Source: a virus
Virus record (IMG/VR): IMGVR_UViG_3300042398_001385
Span: 64,001-128,000 of that record
Reading direction: 5' to 3' (one strand)
DNA length: 64,000 nucleotides
Below the pieces are notes generated by a model. That model made no database searches and was not told the origin of the DNA. It was given only the letters and a program-made list of their open reading frames with translations. The position numbers and the translations under genes are program-made. Below are positions 48,580 to 58,042 of this stretch, piece by piece. The stretch's first letter is position 1. Every line of letters starts with the position of its first letter.

Positions 48580-50247
48580 CTATGATATCTTATCGAAAGA
48601 AATATCGGAGAAGTTATTTTTCTTAGCGATTTCTATTTTATAATCAAATATTTCAGTAGGCATAGGTGCATGGTTTATTACAAAAATGTTCATACCTAAA
48701 TCATCAGATAATTTTCTAAGTGTGTTTAGAATACTATGAACTCCATCTGGATCTACTGAACTAAATATCTCATCCAGGAAAAGTATATTTACTGAAGAGA
48801 ACCTTATTTTCATCAATTTTATAACGGCAATTAAAACAGCAAAATCAACTTTTTTCATTTCCCCAGTAGATAATGTACCGTGTGATATCTCCTCCCCTAG
48901 ATGAAATATCTGTGCATTAAACTCTTCGTTAAATACCACCTTATATGGTAAATGTAGAGAAAGCAATGTATTTAATATCTCGTTATTTAAAGAGGGCAGT
49001 ATCGATTTTATTGCTAATTGTTTTACTCCCTTTTCACTGAGCACCTCGTCTAGTGTTTTTACCCAAGATTGTTTTTCTTCAAATGTAACTTTCTCTTGAT
49101 TAAAAGATGTGAGATCCTCGTTTGCCTGGTTTAAAAGTTTTCTTATAGAATTAGCTTCGTCATTGTTTTTAGCTGTTTTAAGAGACTTTAATTTATCTTT
49201 TAGGGTTTTAATTCCATTTTCGATTTTACTTCCCTTAGAGAAAAGATCATTCTTGACATCAACTAAATCATTTTGTGATTTTTTTGAACTTTCATAATTC
49301 TTTTTTAAATCTTTAAGATCCTCGTCAGATTTTTCTTTTAATCTACATAGATCATCAAATATACTCTTATGAAAATCTGTTGATAAATCTGATGAACATG
49401 TTGGGCATTTATCTTGATTGTAAAGATTTATTTTGGAATTAATTTCTTTTATTTTAGATGCTAGGTCACTGTATTTCTCGTATGCTTTAGTTACTGCTCT
49501 GTTTATTTCGCTCTCACTAGTTTTAAAAGATTTAATCCTGTCAGTATGTAAAGATAAAAGATTCTTATAATTTTCTAACTGGTCCTCCGTCTTTTCTATC
49601 TCTGATCCAGAATTTTCAATTATTTTTTTCTGAAGCTCTTCCAATTCCTTCTGTGATGCTGATATAGATCTACCTGTAGCAAATATTTCACCAGTTAATC
49701 TATCAATGGAAGATTTTATATTTTTACTTTCCTCTTTTAGAATATCTCTCATATCGTTTAAGATATAGAATCCAAAGATCTTGTCTATAATAAGCTTCTT
49801 GTCAGCTGTACTCATTTTTAAGAAGCTTTTGAAGTCGTTTATCGAAAGAGATATTGTGTTATTGAAAACATAATAAGGTATTTTTAGAATATCATCGCTG
49901 AGATAATCCTGAACATTATTTTTTCCAGCTTGGTCATATATTTTTCCGTCTATAGAAAGTTGAAAGTGTGCGGGTTCTAATCCCCTTTCAACCTCATATA
50001 TTTTACCGTCCTGTTCGAATTCTATTTTCATCCATGCAGATTTATTAGATCTGTTAGGAATATCTTTTAATTTTTTACCCTCTAACTTCCCGTATAGACC
50101 AAAAGTTATAACATCAGATATGGTTGACTTACCTACACCATTCTCACCAAATACTTGAATTAAACCAGTATTCTCCGGCAATTCTAGCTTTTGTACTTTA
50201 TTTCCGTAAGAGGCAACGTTCCTCCATTCAATCTTCTTGATCTTCAT
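48580..50247 (-). CDS. gp46: Recombination endonuclease ATPase subunit (SbcC/Rad50)
   Basis: GENGVGKS, CPTC zinc hook, LSTGE, LFLDE, H-loop. Confidence 0.95.
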   Translation of the reverse strand: MKIKKIEWRNVASYGNKVQKLELPENTGLIQVFGENGVGKSTISDVITFGLYGKLEGKKLKDIPNRSNKSAWMKIEFEQDGKIYEVERGLEPAHFQLSIDGKIYDQAGKNNVQDYLSDDILKIPYYVFNNTISLSINDFKSFLKMSTADKKLIIDKIFGFYILNDMRDILKEESKNIKSSIDRLTGEIFATGRSISASQKELEELQKKIIENSGSEIEKTEDQLENYKNLLSLHTDRIKSFKTSESEINRAVTKAYEKYSDLASKIKEINSKINLYNQDKCPTCSSDLSTDFHKSIFDDLCRLKEKSDEDLKDLKKNYESSKKSQNDLVDVKNDLFSKGSKIENGIKTLKDKLKSLKTAKNNDEANSIRKLLNQANEDLTSFNQEKVTFEEKQSWVKTLDEVLSEKGVKQLAIKSILPSLNNEILNTLLSLHLPYKVVFNEEFNAQIFHLGEEISHGTLSTGEMKKVDFAVLIAVIKLMKIRFSSVNILFLDEIFSSVDPDGVHSILNTLRKLSDDLGMNIFVINHAPMPTEIFDYKIEIAKKNNFSDISFDKIS

Positions 50248-51340
50248 CTTCTTTAATTTGTACCGAGACCTTATGTAATAGTTTTTCTATTGCAGAATAT
50301 ATTTTTGTTTTTTTGTCATCCTCATAGTTACATTTATCTAAATACAATTTAGTTAAGTCAAGGATGGAGAAGCTTTTACCCTCTAAATCGTGAAATCCTT
50401 CGTCTATTATTTCTTCCCCTGGATTTGTTATAGGAGTAAAAGATATCTTAAGTGGAGGATCAACGTATTCTGTTAAAAGTCCCAAAGGAGCTTTTACTGC
50501 TAATTCTGGATCTACAAGGATATCTATAAAATTGTTTTTAAATATTTTATTTAATTCCTCTGGGGTTGAATTTATTACCTTGTCGAATGTTATTCTTACA
50601 AATTTGGGAGAATAATTGTTATCATAATAGTCCTCATATCCTGTTTCAAGGTCAAGAACTGTTATTCCCTTAGGATTATCAGTATCAGATCTTGTTAGCT
50701 GATACGGAGATCCAAGCATTCTCATTTTACCAAAAGTCTGAGAATAATGGATATGTCCAGAATAAACTCTTTCAAATTTATCTATATCGCTATATTCTAA
50801 TCCCTCATCTATCCTAACAAATTTATTAAACATTAATCCCTTAAGATCTGTGTGACAAAACATATAATCATGAGGCACAGCTACAGATTTTAATGTCTCT
50901 CTTTCAGCATCGTGATCTTTTCTCCATGGCATTAGAAAAACTTTTCTGTCTCCCATGATAATAGATTCGGGCTGTTCGTATATTTTTATTCTAGGAATCC
51001 ATTTTAAAGATTTAAGTGAGTTAACATCATTTGTGTTTTTACCGTAAATGTCATGGTTACCACATATTATGAATATTCCATCTTTAAAAATATCGGAGAG
51101 AGATTCAAATATTTCTATTCCTAAATTAAGAACCCTTAGATTTAAAGATTGTCTACTGTCATAAACATCTCCTAAATGAACTAAGCAGTCTCCAGGTTTA
51201 TAGATCTTTTTACAGAAAGGTATAAACCAATTTTTAAAATAGTCCTCGTGTATTTCTATCCAATCGTTGGAATTATTTCTTACACCTAGGTGAGTATCTG
51301 TTATAAATATTATTCTTTTAATGTTTGGGAATTTGTCCAT
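50228..51340 (-). CDS. gp47: Recombination endonuclease nuclease subunit (SbcD/Mre11)
   Basis: DTHLG, LGDVYD, GNHD, SGHIH, GSPYQ. Confidence 0.95.
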   Translation of the reverse strand: MDKFPNIKRIIFITDTHLGVRNNSNDWIEIHEDYFKNWFIPFCKKIYKPGDCLVHLGDVYDSRQSLNLRVLNLGIEIFESLSDIFKDGIFIICGNHDIYGKNTNDVNSLKSLKWIPRIKIYEQPESIIMGDRKVFLMPWRKDHDAERETLKSVAVPHDYMFCHTDLKGLMFNKFVRIDEGLEYSDIDKFERVYSGHIHYSQTFGKMRMLGSPYQLTRSDTDNPKGITVLDLETGYEDYYDNNYSPKFVRITFDKVINSTPEELNKIFKNNFIDILVDPELAVKAPLGLLTEYVDPPLKISFTPITNPGEEIIDEGFHDLEGKSFSILDLTKLYLDKCNYEDDKKTKIYSAIEKLLHKVSVQIKEDEDQED

Positions 51341-51813
51341 TAAAATATTTTTTTAATTCCTTTTTTTCCTAATATCCCGTATTTCTGATCCATTTCTTGT
51401 ACTATAAGTTCTTTATATTTCATATGGATAGATTCATAAGCCTTCTGATAATTTATTGCTGTATAATCACAAATAGCTACAAATTTTTCAACCATGCTGT
51501 ATTCAGTGCTTTCTAGTTCTTTCAGTATATCCTGAAATATTAATGGTATAAGATCCTTTGGTATTTTCTTACTTGGATTTATAATTGTCCATCTAGATTC
51601 TTGGAATATTTCGTCTATTTTATCATTTAGGTTACATGAATATATGTAGTCTTCATCCTCGTAAGTTACGACAGATTGAAGGCTTCTATAGTCTAGATTA
51701 GGATCGGATTCCATCTCTTCCTCCGATGATTCTTCCTCTTTTTCCTGCTCTAGCTCTTGGTCTATATTTAGGTCGTCTTTTTCATCTTCAATTAATTTTC
51801 TTTGCTTTTTCAT
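51340..51813 (-). CDS. Possible late transcription coactivator (gp33-like)
   Basis: Acidic N-terminus; C-terminal YSMVEKFVAICDY...YKELIVQEM...GIL resembles the gp33 helical domain. Confidence 0.4.
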   Translation of the reverse strand: MKKQRKLIEDEKDDLNIDQELEQEKEEESSEEEMESDPNLDYRSLQSVVTYEDEDYIYSCNLNDKIDEIFQESRWTIINPSKKIPKDLIPLIFQDILKELESTEYSMVEKFVAICDYTAINYQKAYESIHMKYKELIVQEMDQKYGILGKKGIKKIF

Positions 51814-53114
51814 TGATCATTCATTATTTGAGAATTGGGATCCTCAGAAATTCTCATATGGTTATAATCAACCAAAAATTTCTTATAAGAGTTTTTATAC
51901 CCTTCGTCCCTATTTGCTAATAGCTTTAGCTTATATTCGTTATTCGTGTACATCATCGGATCTTGTATAATCCCAAACATACCATCTACCGTAGCAACTA
52001 ATCCTGATGATTCAGAAGCTGAATTCATACTTAAATCAGTAGCATCAAATTCACTTTGTTTAGTTTGTGTTGCTGTAACAATAGCCCATTGGTTTCTTTG
52101 AGCAGCTGCTCTTAAATCCTCTGCTATTTGTTTGATCTTCATATATGTATTTTCGGAGTTAGGATTTCTCCAGTTCTTCATAATGTTGATATAGTCAATT
52201 ATTACAATCTTAAATTTTATACCCAATATCTGTTCAACTTTAGTTAACCAGTTTTCCACGTCTATTGCAGATGCTTGAGAAGTTGGGAATTCCTTAACTA
52301 CTAATTCTCCAGGAGTTCTAAGATTTTCAAAAGCTAAATTTGTAATCTTCTTTTTTATTAAAACATCGTTCTCTGCACTATCTTTATATTCAGACATTCG
52401 TATACCTAATAGATTAGATCCTAGCCTTTTCATATATTTCCTGTCTCCTAATTCTAGTGTAATAATAGCTACATTATTAGAAGCTCTGATCGCCTGTGTT
52501 GCTATATTACCAAGCCATAATGTTTTACCAACTTTAGGTTGGCCTAATAAAACATATAATCCTTTGGCAGAAAATCCACCTCCTAAGCAAAAATCGATAT
52601 AATCATATCCACTGGAGAAGGTTAAATTGCTAGGCTGTTTATGAGATTCGGGATCTCTAAAGTTAAGCCCCATATCAAAAGAAAAGTCGACTTTATTTCG
52701 GTCGACTACTATAGATTTATAGGTGTTTATTACATCCTTAATGTTATCGGGTGTTACATCAGTACTTCTTATATAGTTTATAGAATCAACTGCACTTTTC
52801 TCTAGAGTTTTCCATTCAATCCATGATTCTACATTTTGTTCTAACCAATCTATATCATAGTCCTCCAGATTTATCATCCACATTGAATCTAATAAAGAAT
52901 CGTGTAGCTTATCGTCTATCTTTAAGAGCTTAGCAGATTCCCTTACTTGTATCTTACTTGGTATCTGTTGATATTTTTTCCAAAAAGACTTTATTACTTT
53001 AAATGCTTCCTGATAGTCAGTGTTTTTAAAAAAACTAACATCAGTAGCATCTATATAAGCAGGGTTTTCTATTACTGCTCTAAACCAAATATTTTCTAAG
53101 TGTTGATTCTGCAT
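51810..53114 (-). CDS. gp41: Replicative DNA helicase (DnaB/gp41)
   Basis: GQPKVGKT, ITLE, KEFPT, IIDYINIM, AEDLR, TATQ, SESSGL. Confidence 0.95.
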   Translation of the reverse strand: MQNQHLENIWFRAVIENPAYIDATDVSFFKNTDYQEAFKVIKSFWKKYQQIPSKIQVRESAKLLKIDDKLHDSLLDSMWMINLEDYDIDWLEQNVESWIEWKTLEKSAVDSINYIRSTDVTPDNIKDVINTYKSIVVDRNKVDFSFDMGLNFRDPESHKQPSNLTFSSGYDYIDFCLGGGFSAKGLYVLLGQPKVGKTLWLGNIATQAIRASNNVAIITLELGDRKYMKRLGSNLLGIRMSEYKDSAENDVLIKKKITNLAFENLRTPGELVVKEFPTSQASAIDVENWLTKVEQILGIKFKIVIIDYINIMKNWRNPNSENTYMKIKQIAEDLRAAAQRNQWAIVTATQTKQSEFDATDLSMNSASESSGLVATVDGMFGIIQDPMMYTNNEYKLKLLANRDEGYKNSYKKFLVDYNHMRISEDPNSQIMNDQ

Positions 53115-53117
53115 TTT

Positions 53118-53411
53118 TTAATAATGTGGATTATCCTTTATTTTGTACCAATTTTTATTCCCTATACTTTTCTCTGTTTTTTCAAATACTTCAGATTCTA
53201 TTAATTCTTTTACTAATTTTCCATGATTAGTTTTCTCCCAACCTGGATTTAAAAAAGAATTAAAAGTTTGATCTGAAAATTCTCCATCTGGCCTTCCGTC
53301 TCTAACTAGATACGAATTTAGCTCATAGATTATATCTTCTTTTGTTGGATATTCAGGAAGATCTTTCCATATTCCTAGAAGATATTTTAATTTAAGCTTG
53401 TTCTTCTCCAT
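53118..53411 (-). CDS. Hypothetical protein
   Basis: 97-aa ORF between uvsX and gp41. Confidence 0.55.
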   Translation of the reverse strand: MEKNKLKLKYLLGIWKDLPEYPTKEDIIYELNSYLVRDGRPDGEFSDQTFNSFLNPGWEKTNHGKLVKELIESEVFEKTEKSIGNKNWYKIKDNPHY

Positions 53412-54573
53412 TTTCTTCTACTTCTGATTCTTCATTTTCAGGATTAGCTAATTCTTCTAATTCTGTTTCATCAAAAAGATCTGGCAATAAGAAATGAGGT
53501 TTAATAGCTTTTTCGTCAATCATATGCAGTACTTCGTCTGTAAATATTTCCGAACTAAATAATTGAGAGGATGTAACGGTTTTGCCCAAATGCTTAATTG
53601 CCCATCTGGTAGAAGAAGCATTGGGTGTAAATTCCATTTCTCCTGTTTTCTTGTCAACCTCCAATTTACCTCTTTCAATTCCGCAAATTTCCCAAGAAAC
53701 AAAATCTTGTAATCCAACATAAGCATTCATACCATTCATAAATGAGATATGAAACTTAACTGGATAAGGTCTAGTAAATCTTGCTTTCTTTGGAGTAGAA
53801 GTTACAACAATACCAGTTCTTGTATTATCACTTCCTTCTTTTAATTGTGCTTTAGAAAGCATAATAACATTACTCATTGAGAAGATTGGTCCATCACCAC
53901 CTGCAGCTTCTTTTGTTGGCATAAATCCTCCAATGTTACCAGTAGTTGTGTGGTTAGTACAAATCAATGGAATTTTAACTGCTGTAAGATCTAATGTAAT
54001 AACTCTGAATAAAGATCTTAATTCCTTAGATCTAATACCCATATCCATTACACTTTTACCTTTTAGTGCATCCCCTGATTCTTTATCAGTAGATAACATT
54101 CCTAATGAATCCAAGATAATAGCAATCTTAGGATCTGCTCCTTCTTTTCTATAAGTTTTAACCTTATCAACTAAATTAGCTACAAAAACTTTAAAATCTG
54201 AAATAGTCTTAATCGGTTGATATCTCACTCTATTAGTATCGATACCGAATTTTTTTGCTCCTGTCTTATCAATAGCACCTTCAGTATCACAATAGATTAC
54301 GTTGTAATCTTTTTTCTGTGCCTCTCTTACTATATTCATACATAAGAAAGATTTACCTGTTTGTGGATCTCCTGCAATACCCATTGATCTATTGTTTGCA
54401 ATACCACCAAATAGAGTACCTGATAACTGTGCATTTAATAAATAGTTACCTGTAGGAATCCAATCTCCGACCTCGGAGAAATCGTTAGTTTCTAAAATTG
54501 ATCCCATTTCAAATCCTTCTATTTTAGATAGGGATTTGTCTAATTCTGCGAATGAAAATTCTTTTTTTGCCAT
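53392..54573 (-). CDS. uvsX: RecA-like recombinase
   Basis: TGNYLLNAQLSG, GDPQTGKS, DTEGA, LDSLG, TNHT, GGDG. Confidence 0.95.
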   Translation of the reverse strand: MAKKEFSFAELDKSLSKIEGFEMGSILETNDFSEVGDWIPTGNYLLNAQLSGTLFGGIANNRSMGIAGDPQTGKSFLCMNIVREAQKKDYNVIYCDTEGAIDKTGAKKFGIDTNRVRYQPIKTISDFKVFVANLVDKVKTYRKEGADPKIAIILDSLGMLSTDKESGDALKGKSVMDMGIRSKELRSLFRVITLDLTAVKIPLICTNHTTTGNIGGFMPTKEAAGGDGPIFSMSNVIMLSKAQLKEGSDNTRTGIVVTSTPKKARFTRPYPVKFHISFMNGMNAYVGLQDFVSWEICGIERGKLEVDKKTGEMEFTPNASSTRWAIKHLGKTVTSSQLFSSEIFTDEVLHMIDEKAIKPHFLLPDLFDETELEELANPENEESEVEENGEEQA

Positions 54574-54584
54574 CTTTATTTTTC

Positions 54585-54890
54585 TTATTTAGTTATTTTA
54601 CACATTGCCCTAGTAATAATTTCAGAATCCTTTAATTCTTCATTTCCAAATCTTCCGTCCATTTCTCTAAGAATGTACAGATCTTTTCCAATTTCTCTTG
54701 CTACATTTTCTAATTGTTCTTTTTCTTTAGTGACATCAATATCACCATACCAAATTTTACCCTCCCCTAAAACAAAAATGTTTGCATTGAAATAAACCTC
54801 GTTGTCTGGGAATCGATCTCTATATCCAGATTTAGAGAAAGAAAGCATTCTACCAGAAAATAATTTTTCATTTTCAAAAATCGATTCCAT
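54585..54890 (-). CDS. Hypothetical protein
   Basis: GRM-S-SKSGY...FNANI...KIWYGDID...LYILREMDGRF. Confidence 0.6.
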   Translation of the reverse strand: MESIFENEKLFSGRMLSFSKSGYRDRFPDNEVYFNANIFVLGEGKIWYGDIDVTKEKEQLENVAREIGKDLYILREMDGRFGNEELKDSEIITRAMCKITK

Positions 54891-54948
54891 AATTCCTTAT
54901 ATTTTAATAATCTTATATTATAGAGGAAAAATTAAAAAAGATTCGTAT

Positions 54949-55203
54949 TTAGATATTATTTCTTAAATACAAAAGTCGTGAGCAAGATTCGAAATTTTGA
55001 TTCGTTTCGTTCCACTCTATTAAATAGTCTAGGATTTTTATTGTTTTGTCCTTATCCTCACTCAGAGATTCTTCGAGCAAATAAGGGGAGGAAAGCCAGA
55101 GCTTTGTTTTTTTATCTGGGTCTATGGAGTATACAGGTTTCTCTATATACAAAAAAAATCTGCCATCAGCAGATTTTTTGATATATCGTTTTCCTTTTTC
55201 CAT
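54949..55203 (-). CDS. Small protein with degenerate UVR-like C-terminus
   Basis: LIEWNETNQNFESCSRL. Confidence 0.5.
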   Translation of the reverse strand: MEKGKRYIKKSADGRFFLYIEKPVYSIDPDKKTKLWLSSPYLLEESLSEDKDKTIKILDYLIEWNETNQNFESCSRLLYLRNNI

Positions 55204-55240
55204 ATTTATATTATATGGAAAAACTTGGAAAAAGTTTCTT

Positions 55241-55549
55241 TTATTTTACAAGATCTTTAAAAGAATTTTTTATGTAATCATTCTTTATTTTTCTTGATAA
55301 TTTAAGAACGTAATCGCACTTTTCGTATTCCTCTGTAGATTCAAAATGTGATATAAGTCTTTCAAAAAGATCCGTTCCTAAGAATTTATTTAAAGGATTT
55401 CCTTCTTCAAAAGCTTTATCTCCCTCCAATAACATATAATCATACAGTTTTCTTGTTTGAGCGTCATACATTCTATCTATATCACTCTCTAATTTTTCTA
55501 ATCTGTTTATTTCTTCTGGTTCCATTTTGCTTATTTTTTTATATACCAA
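55241..55549 (-). CDS. Small protein with UVR-like motif
   Basis: LISHFESTEEYEKCDYVLKL. Confidence 0.55.
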   Translation of the reverse strand: MVYKKISKMEPEEINRLEKLESDIDRMYDAQTRKLYDYMLLEGDKAFEEGNPLNKFLGTDLFERLISHFESTEEYEKCDYVLKLSRKIKNDYIKNSFKDLVK

Positions 55550-55584
55550 ATGTAGAGTAATTTGAATCTTTAAAAAAATGATTC

Positions 55585-55938
55585 CTATAAATAACTTTTA
55601 TAATTTATAAATATTTCTTCTCCGGGATCTATATCCCTAGTTGTAAAGAATATTATCTTGTTTTTGGATTTATCTGTATTCCAATCAGCATTATAAGATT
55701 CCTCAGAATGATTAAATATACTACCGTATCCTAAACATATAACTATACCATCTATCTCTCCCTTAGGCCAACTAAAGAAATAGTCATTTAATATTTGGGG
55801 ATATTCAAAATCCGGTGGTACTTTTATAAAATGACATTCTTCTAAAAGTTCACCCTTTTTAATCCTATCGGAAGAAAAAACCCCTCTACCATGTACCAAG
55901 GATTCTTCTACATAAATTTTATTTGATCTATAAAGCAT
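55585..55938 (-). CDS. SET-domain protein methyltransferase
   Basis: HGRGVF, GSIFNHS, RDIDPGEEIFINY. Confidence 0.9.
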   Translation of the reverse strand: MLYRSNKIYVEESLVHGRGVFSSDRIKKGELLEECHFIKVPPDFEYPQILNDYFFSWPKGEIDGIVICLGYGSIFNHSEESYNADWNTDKSKNKIIFFTTRDIDPGEEIFINYKSYL

Positions 55939-56007
55939 GTTTTTTATATTGTATAGATGAAAAAGATTTCAGATGTAAAATATGATATATAATAGAAAAC
56001 CTTCTTA

Positions 56008-56808
56008 ATGAACAATATTCTTACCATAGAGAACTATTTATTAGAGAATAGACAACCAATATTTTTTACAGAGGAACAAATCAAAGAATCCCTCGAATAT
56101 CTAAACTCTGAGGATCCAGCATTAATGGAAGCTTGGTATAATACTGTACTAGACTTTGCAGCTCTTATACCAGGAGTAGGATCAGTAGCAGAGGGTATAA
56201 ATTTAGTATCTTACGCAAAACAAGGAGAATATCTTCTAGCAGGTTTATGTGCTATAGGATTAATTCCAATTTTTGGTCAATATGTAGGAGCTGGGGGATC
56301 ACTATTAGTTAAAGCACTAGGAAAAGGAGCTTCATTAGGATCGTCTATACTTAAACCTTTAATTAATGTTGTAGCTAAATTTTTTCCTAAAATAGTAGCA
56401 TTTTTAAAAAGTTCTAAGTTTTTAACTAAGTTTTCTGGAATTGCACCTTTTGTTGGAAAAATCATTGGCTCTCTTAAAAATTTCATATTAAAAGGAGGAT
56501 CTAAATTAACTGCATTAGCTACTAATGCTTCTAAAATTAAAGCACTAAGATCAACTACAAGAGAAGTTAAAACTGGTTATAAAGCTTATAATTGGTTATT
56601 CGGTCCTAAAGATACACCACAGGTTTCAACTACTCCAAGTATTGCTGGGTATTCAGGAAATTCTTCAGTTTCTCCTGAATATCAAATACCAGTTCCTAAA
56701 GATGCTTATATGGCTTATCAAGGAACTCCGCTTAAAAATATTAGACCATATACAGATATGGAAATATCTCAAGCAGAAATGGCTCAGGATTGGGAAAAAT
56801 ATCTATAA
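56008..56808 (+). CDS. Pre-toxin-TG-like hydrophobic domain protein, probable head internal (ejected) protein
   Basis: LDFAALIPGVGSVAEGIN...Y...GEY..AGL...GLIPIFG; N-terminal YLLE leader; GATATATA at 55984. Confidence 0.6.
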   Translation: MNNILTIENYLLENRQPIFFTEEQIKESLEYLNSEDPALMEAWYNTVLDFAALIPGVGSVAEGINLVSYAKQGEYLLAGLCAIGLIPIFGQYVGAGGSLLVKALGKGASLGSSILKPLINVVAKFFPKIVAFLKSSKFLTKFSGIAPFVGKIIGSLKNFILKGGSKLTALATNASKIKALRSTTREVKTGYKAYNWLFGPKDTPQVSTTPSIAGYSGNSSVSPEYQIPVPKDAYMAYQGTPLKNIRPYTDMEISQAEMAQDWEKYL

Positions 56809-56815
56809 AAAATAC

Positions 56816-56839
56816 AAACCCAGGATCTCTCCTGGGTTT
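56816..56839. terminator. Bidirectional intrinsic terminator
   Basis: AAACCCAGGA-tctc-TCCTGGGTTT between convergent genes. Confidence 0.8.
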
Positions 56840-56854
56840 TTTGTGTAGCATGGT

Positions 56855-57652
56855 TTAGATCTTAGATCCGCAATTAGGACAGAATTTCCAAGTTTGTTTT
56901 TTCATTCTAGTTCCACAGTCGGTGCAATAGTTTCTTATAGAAGAAGTCTCTAATGGTTTTTGAGATTCCGGTAATATTCTGTATTTAATAATTGTTTCTG
57001 CTATATCCATAAAATTTGCAGAAACACTTATAAATTCTTGATTACTAGATTCGCCCATTTCAACCCTTCCAGTTTCTAAGCTATTGCTAGCATTTGATCC
57101 TTTAACTGAATCGTTAGTCATACTGGTAGTAGTAAATAAATTGTTTATTGTTGATCCACCTACCGATAAGCTTGAGTCCGAACAATAAGATCCCAAGACA
57201 TCAGAGCTGTAATAAATCCCAGTAGATCCTCCAATATTAATTGTTGGATTGTAAAGAGATCCTTTAAAATAACCGCTTCCGGTATAATTAGTTAAAGGTA
57301 GTGATTCTTTATAGAAAGAAACCTCTAACATACCATTATCAATTATAGCTTTAAGAGCCTCATCAGATTTATCAACCTCATATGTTTCAAAAAGAAACTT
57401 ATTATTAGTATCAATAAATCTTTCTAGATAGATTCTTTCTCCTGGTCTTAAAATAATACCAGATTCGGAAATACTCTTACCGTTTAGATTGATCTTTGCA
57501 AGGACCCTTGCTGTTGTGGGATTGAATAATTCAATCTCGAAATTTTCTCCGTCTTTAAGGTAGACTGAATCACCATAGATCTTAGATCTATTTCTGTTTC
57601 TTGTGATGTGTGCAGTACAGCCCACATTCACGCTTGGCGTTGAATAATACAT
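56855..57652 (-). CDS. Hypothetical protein with C-terminal zinc ribbon
   Basis: YCTDCG...WKFCPNCG. Confidence 0.7.
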   Translation of the reverse strand: MYYSTPSVNVGCTAHITRNRNRSKIYGDSVYLKDGENFEIELFNPTTARVLAKINLNGKSISESGIILRPGERIYLERFIDTNNKFLFETYEVDKSDEALKAIIDNGMLEVSFYKESLPLTNYTGSGYFKGSLYNPTINIGGSTGIYYSSDVLGSYCSDSSLSVGGSTINNLFTTTSMTNDSVKGSNASNSLETGRVEMGESSNQEFISVSANFMDIAETIIKYRILPESQKPLETSSIRNYCTDCGTRMKKQTWKFCPNCGSKI

Positions 57653-57666
57653 AAAGATTATTTTAT

Positions 57667-57742
57667 TTGGCCCCTTCCTTTGCGTCCATTTCTGAAAACT
57701 CTACGGTTCGTTGACCGGGAAGTGACTAGAAACCTCTAGTTC
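57667..57742 (-). ncRNA. Candidate structured cis-regulatory 5'-UTR RNA
   Basis: GC-rich island between a promoter and an ATG; hairpin plus three-way junction with a GAAA loop and GGACGCAAAG. Confidence 0.45.
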
Positions 57743-57760
57743 TATTATTATATAACTCTA

Positions 57761-58042
57761 TTAATAAAAGTTCCCGAATTTAGCTACAGGAATATACTCT
57801 TTTACAAGCTCCGAATGTATTAGTTGAGGAATTCTCTTGTATTCTTTATACCATTTATTACATACGTAAATCTCGCTACCTCTAGGATCTTCTATTATTT
57901 CTACCACATCATATTCTGCTTCCTCGAAAGGACCTATAGGTTTTGTTATAACTTTTCCTATGACTGGCATTCTAGTTACATCCTCTCCACTGTACTCTAT
58001 ATTTTCTTTTATGTGGAATTCTTTTAATTTCTTTATTTTCAT
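57761..58042 (-). CDS. Small putative head internal protein
   Basis: N-terminal MKIKKLKEFHIKE leader. Confidence 0.55.
   Translation of the reverse strand: MKIKKLKEFHIKENIEYSGEDVTRMPVIGKVITKPIGPFEEAEYDVVEIIEDPRGSEIYVCNKWYKEYKRIPQLIHSELVKEYIPVAKFGNFY

Noticed and set aside
42162-54573. Inteins or introns in terminase, helicase, UvsX and gp46
   Set aside because: Protein lengths are normal; no intein splice motifs or homing endonuclease ORFs were seen.
57660-57745. tRNA or canonical c-di-GMP-I riboswitch call
   Set aside because: No cloverleaf or T-loop in the proper context, and the GEMM 5' strand and receptor are missing; kept only as a candidate novel RNA.
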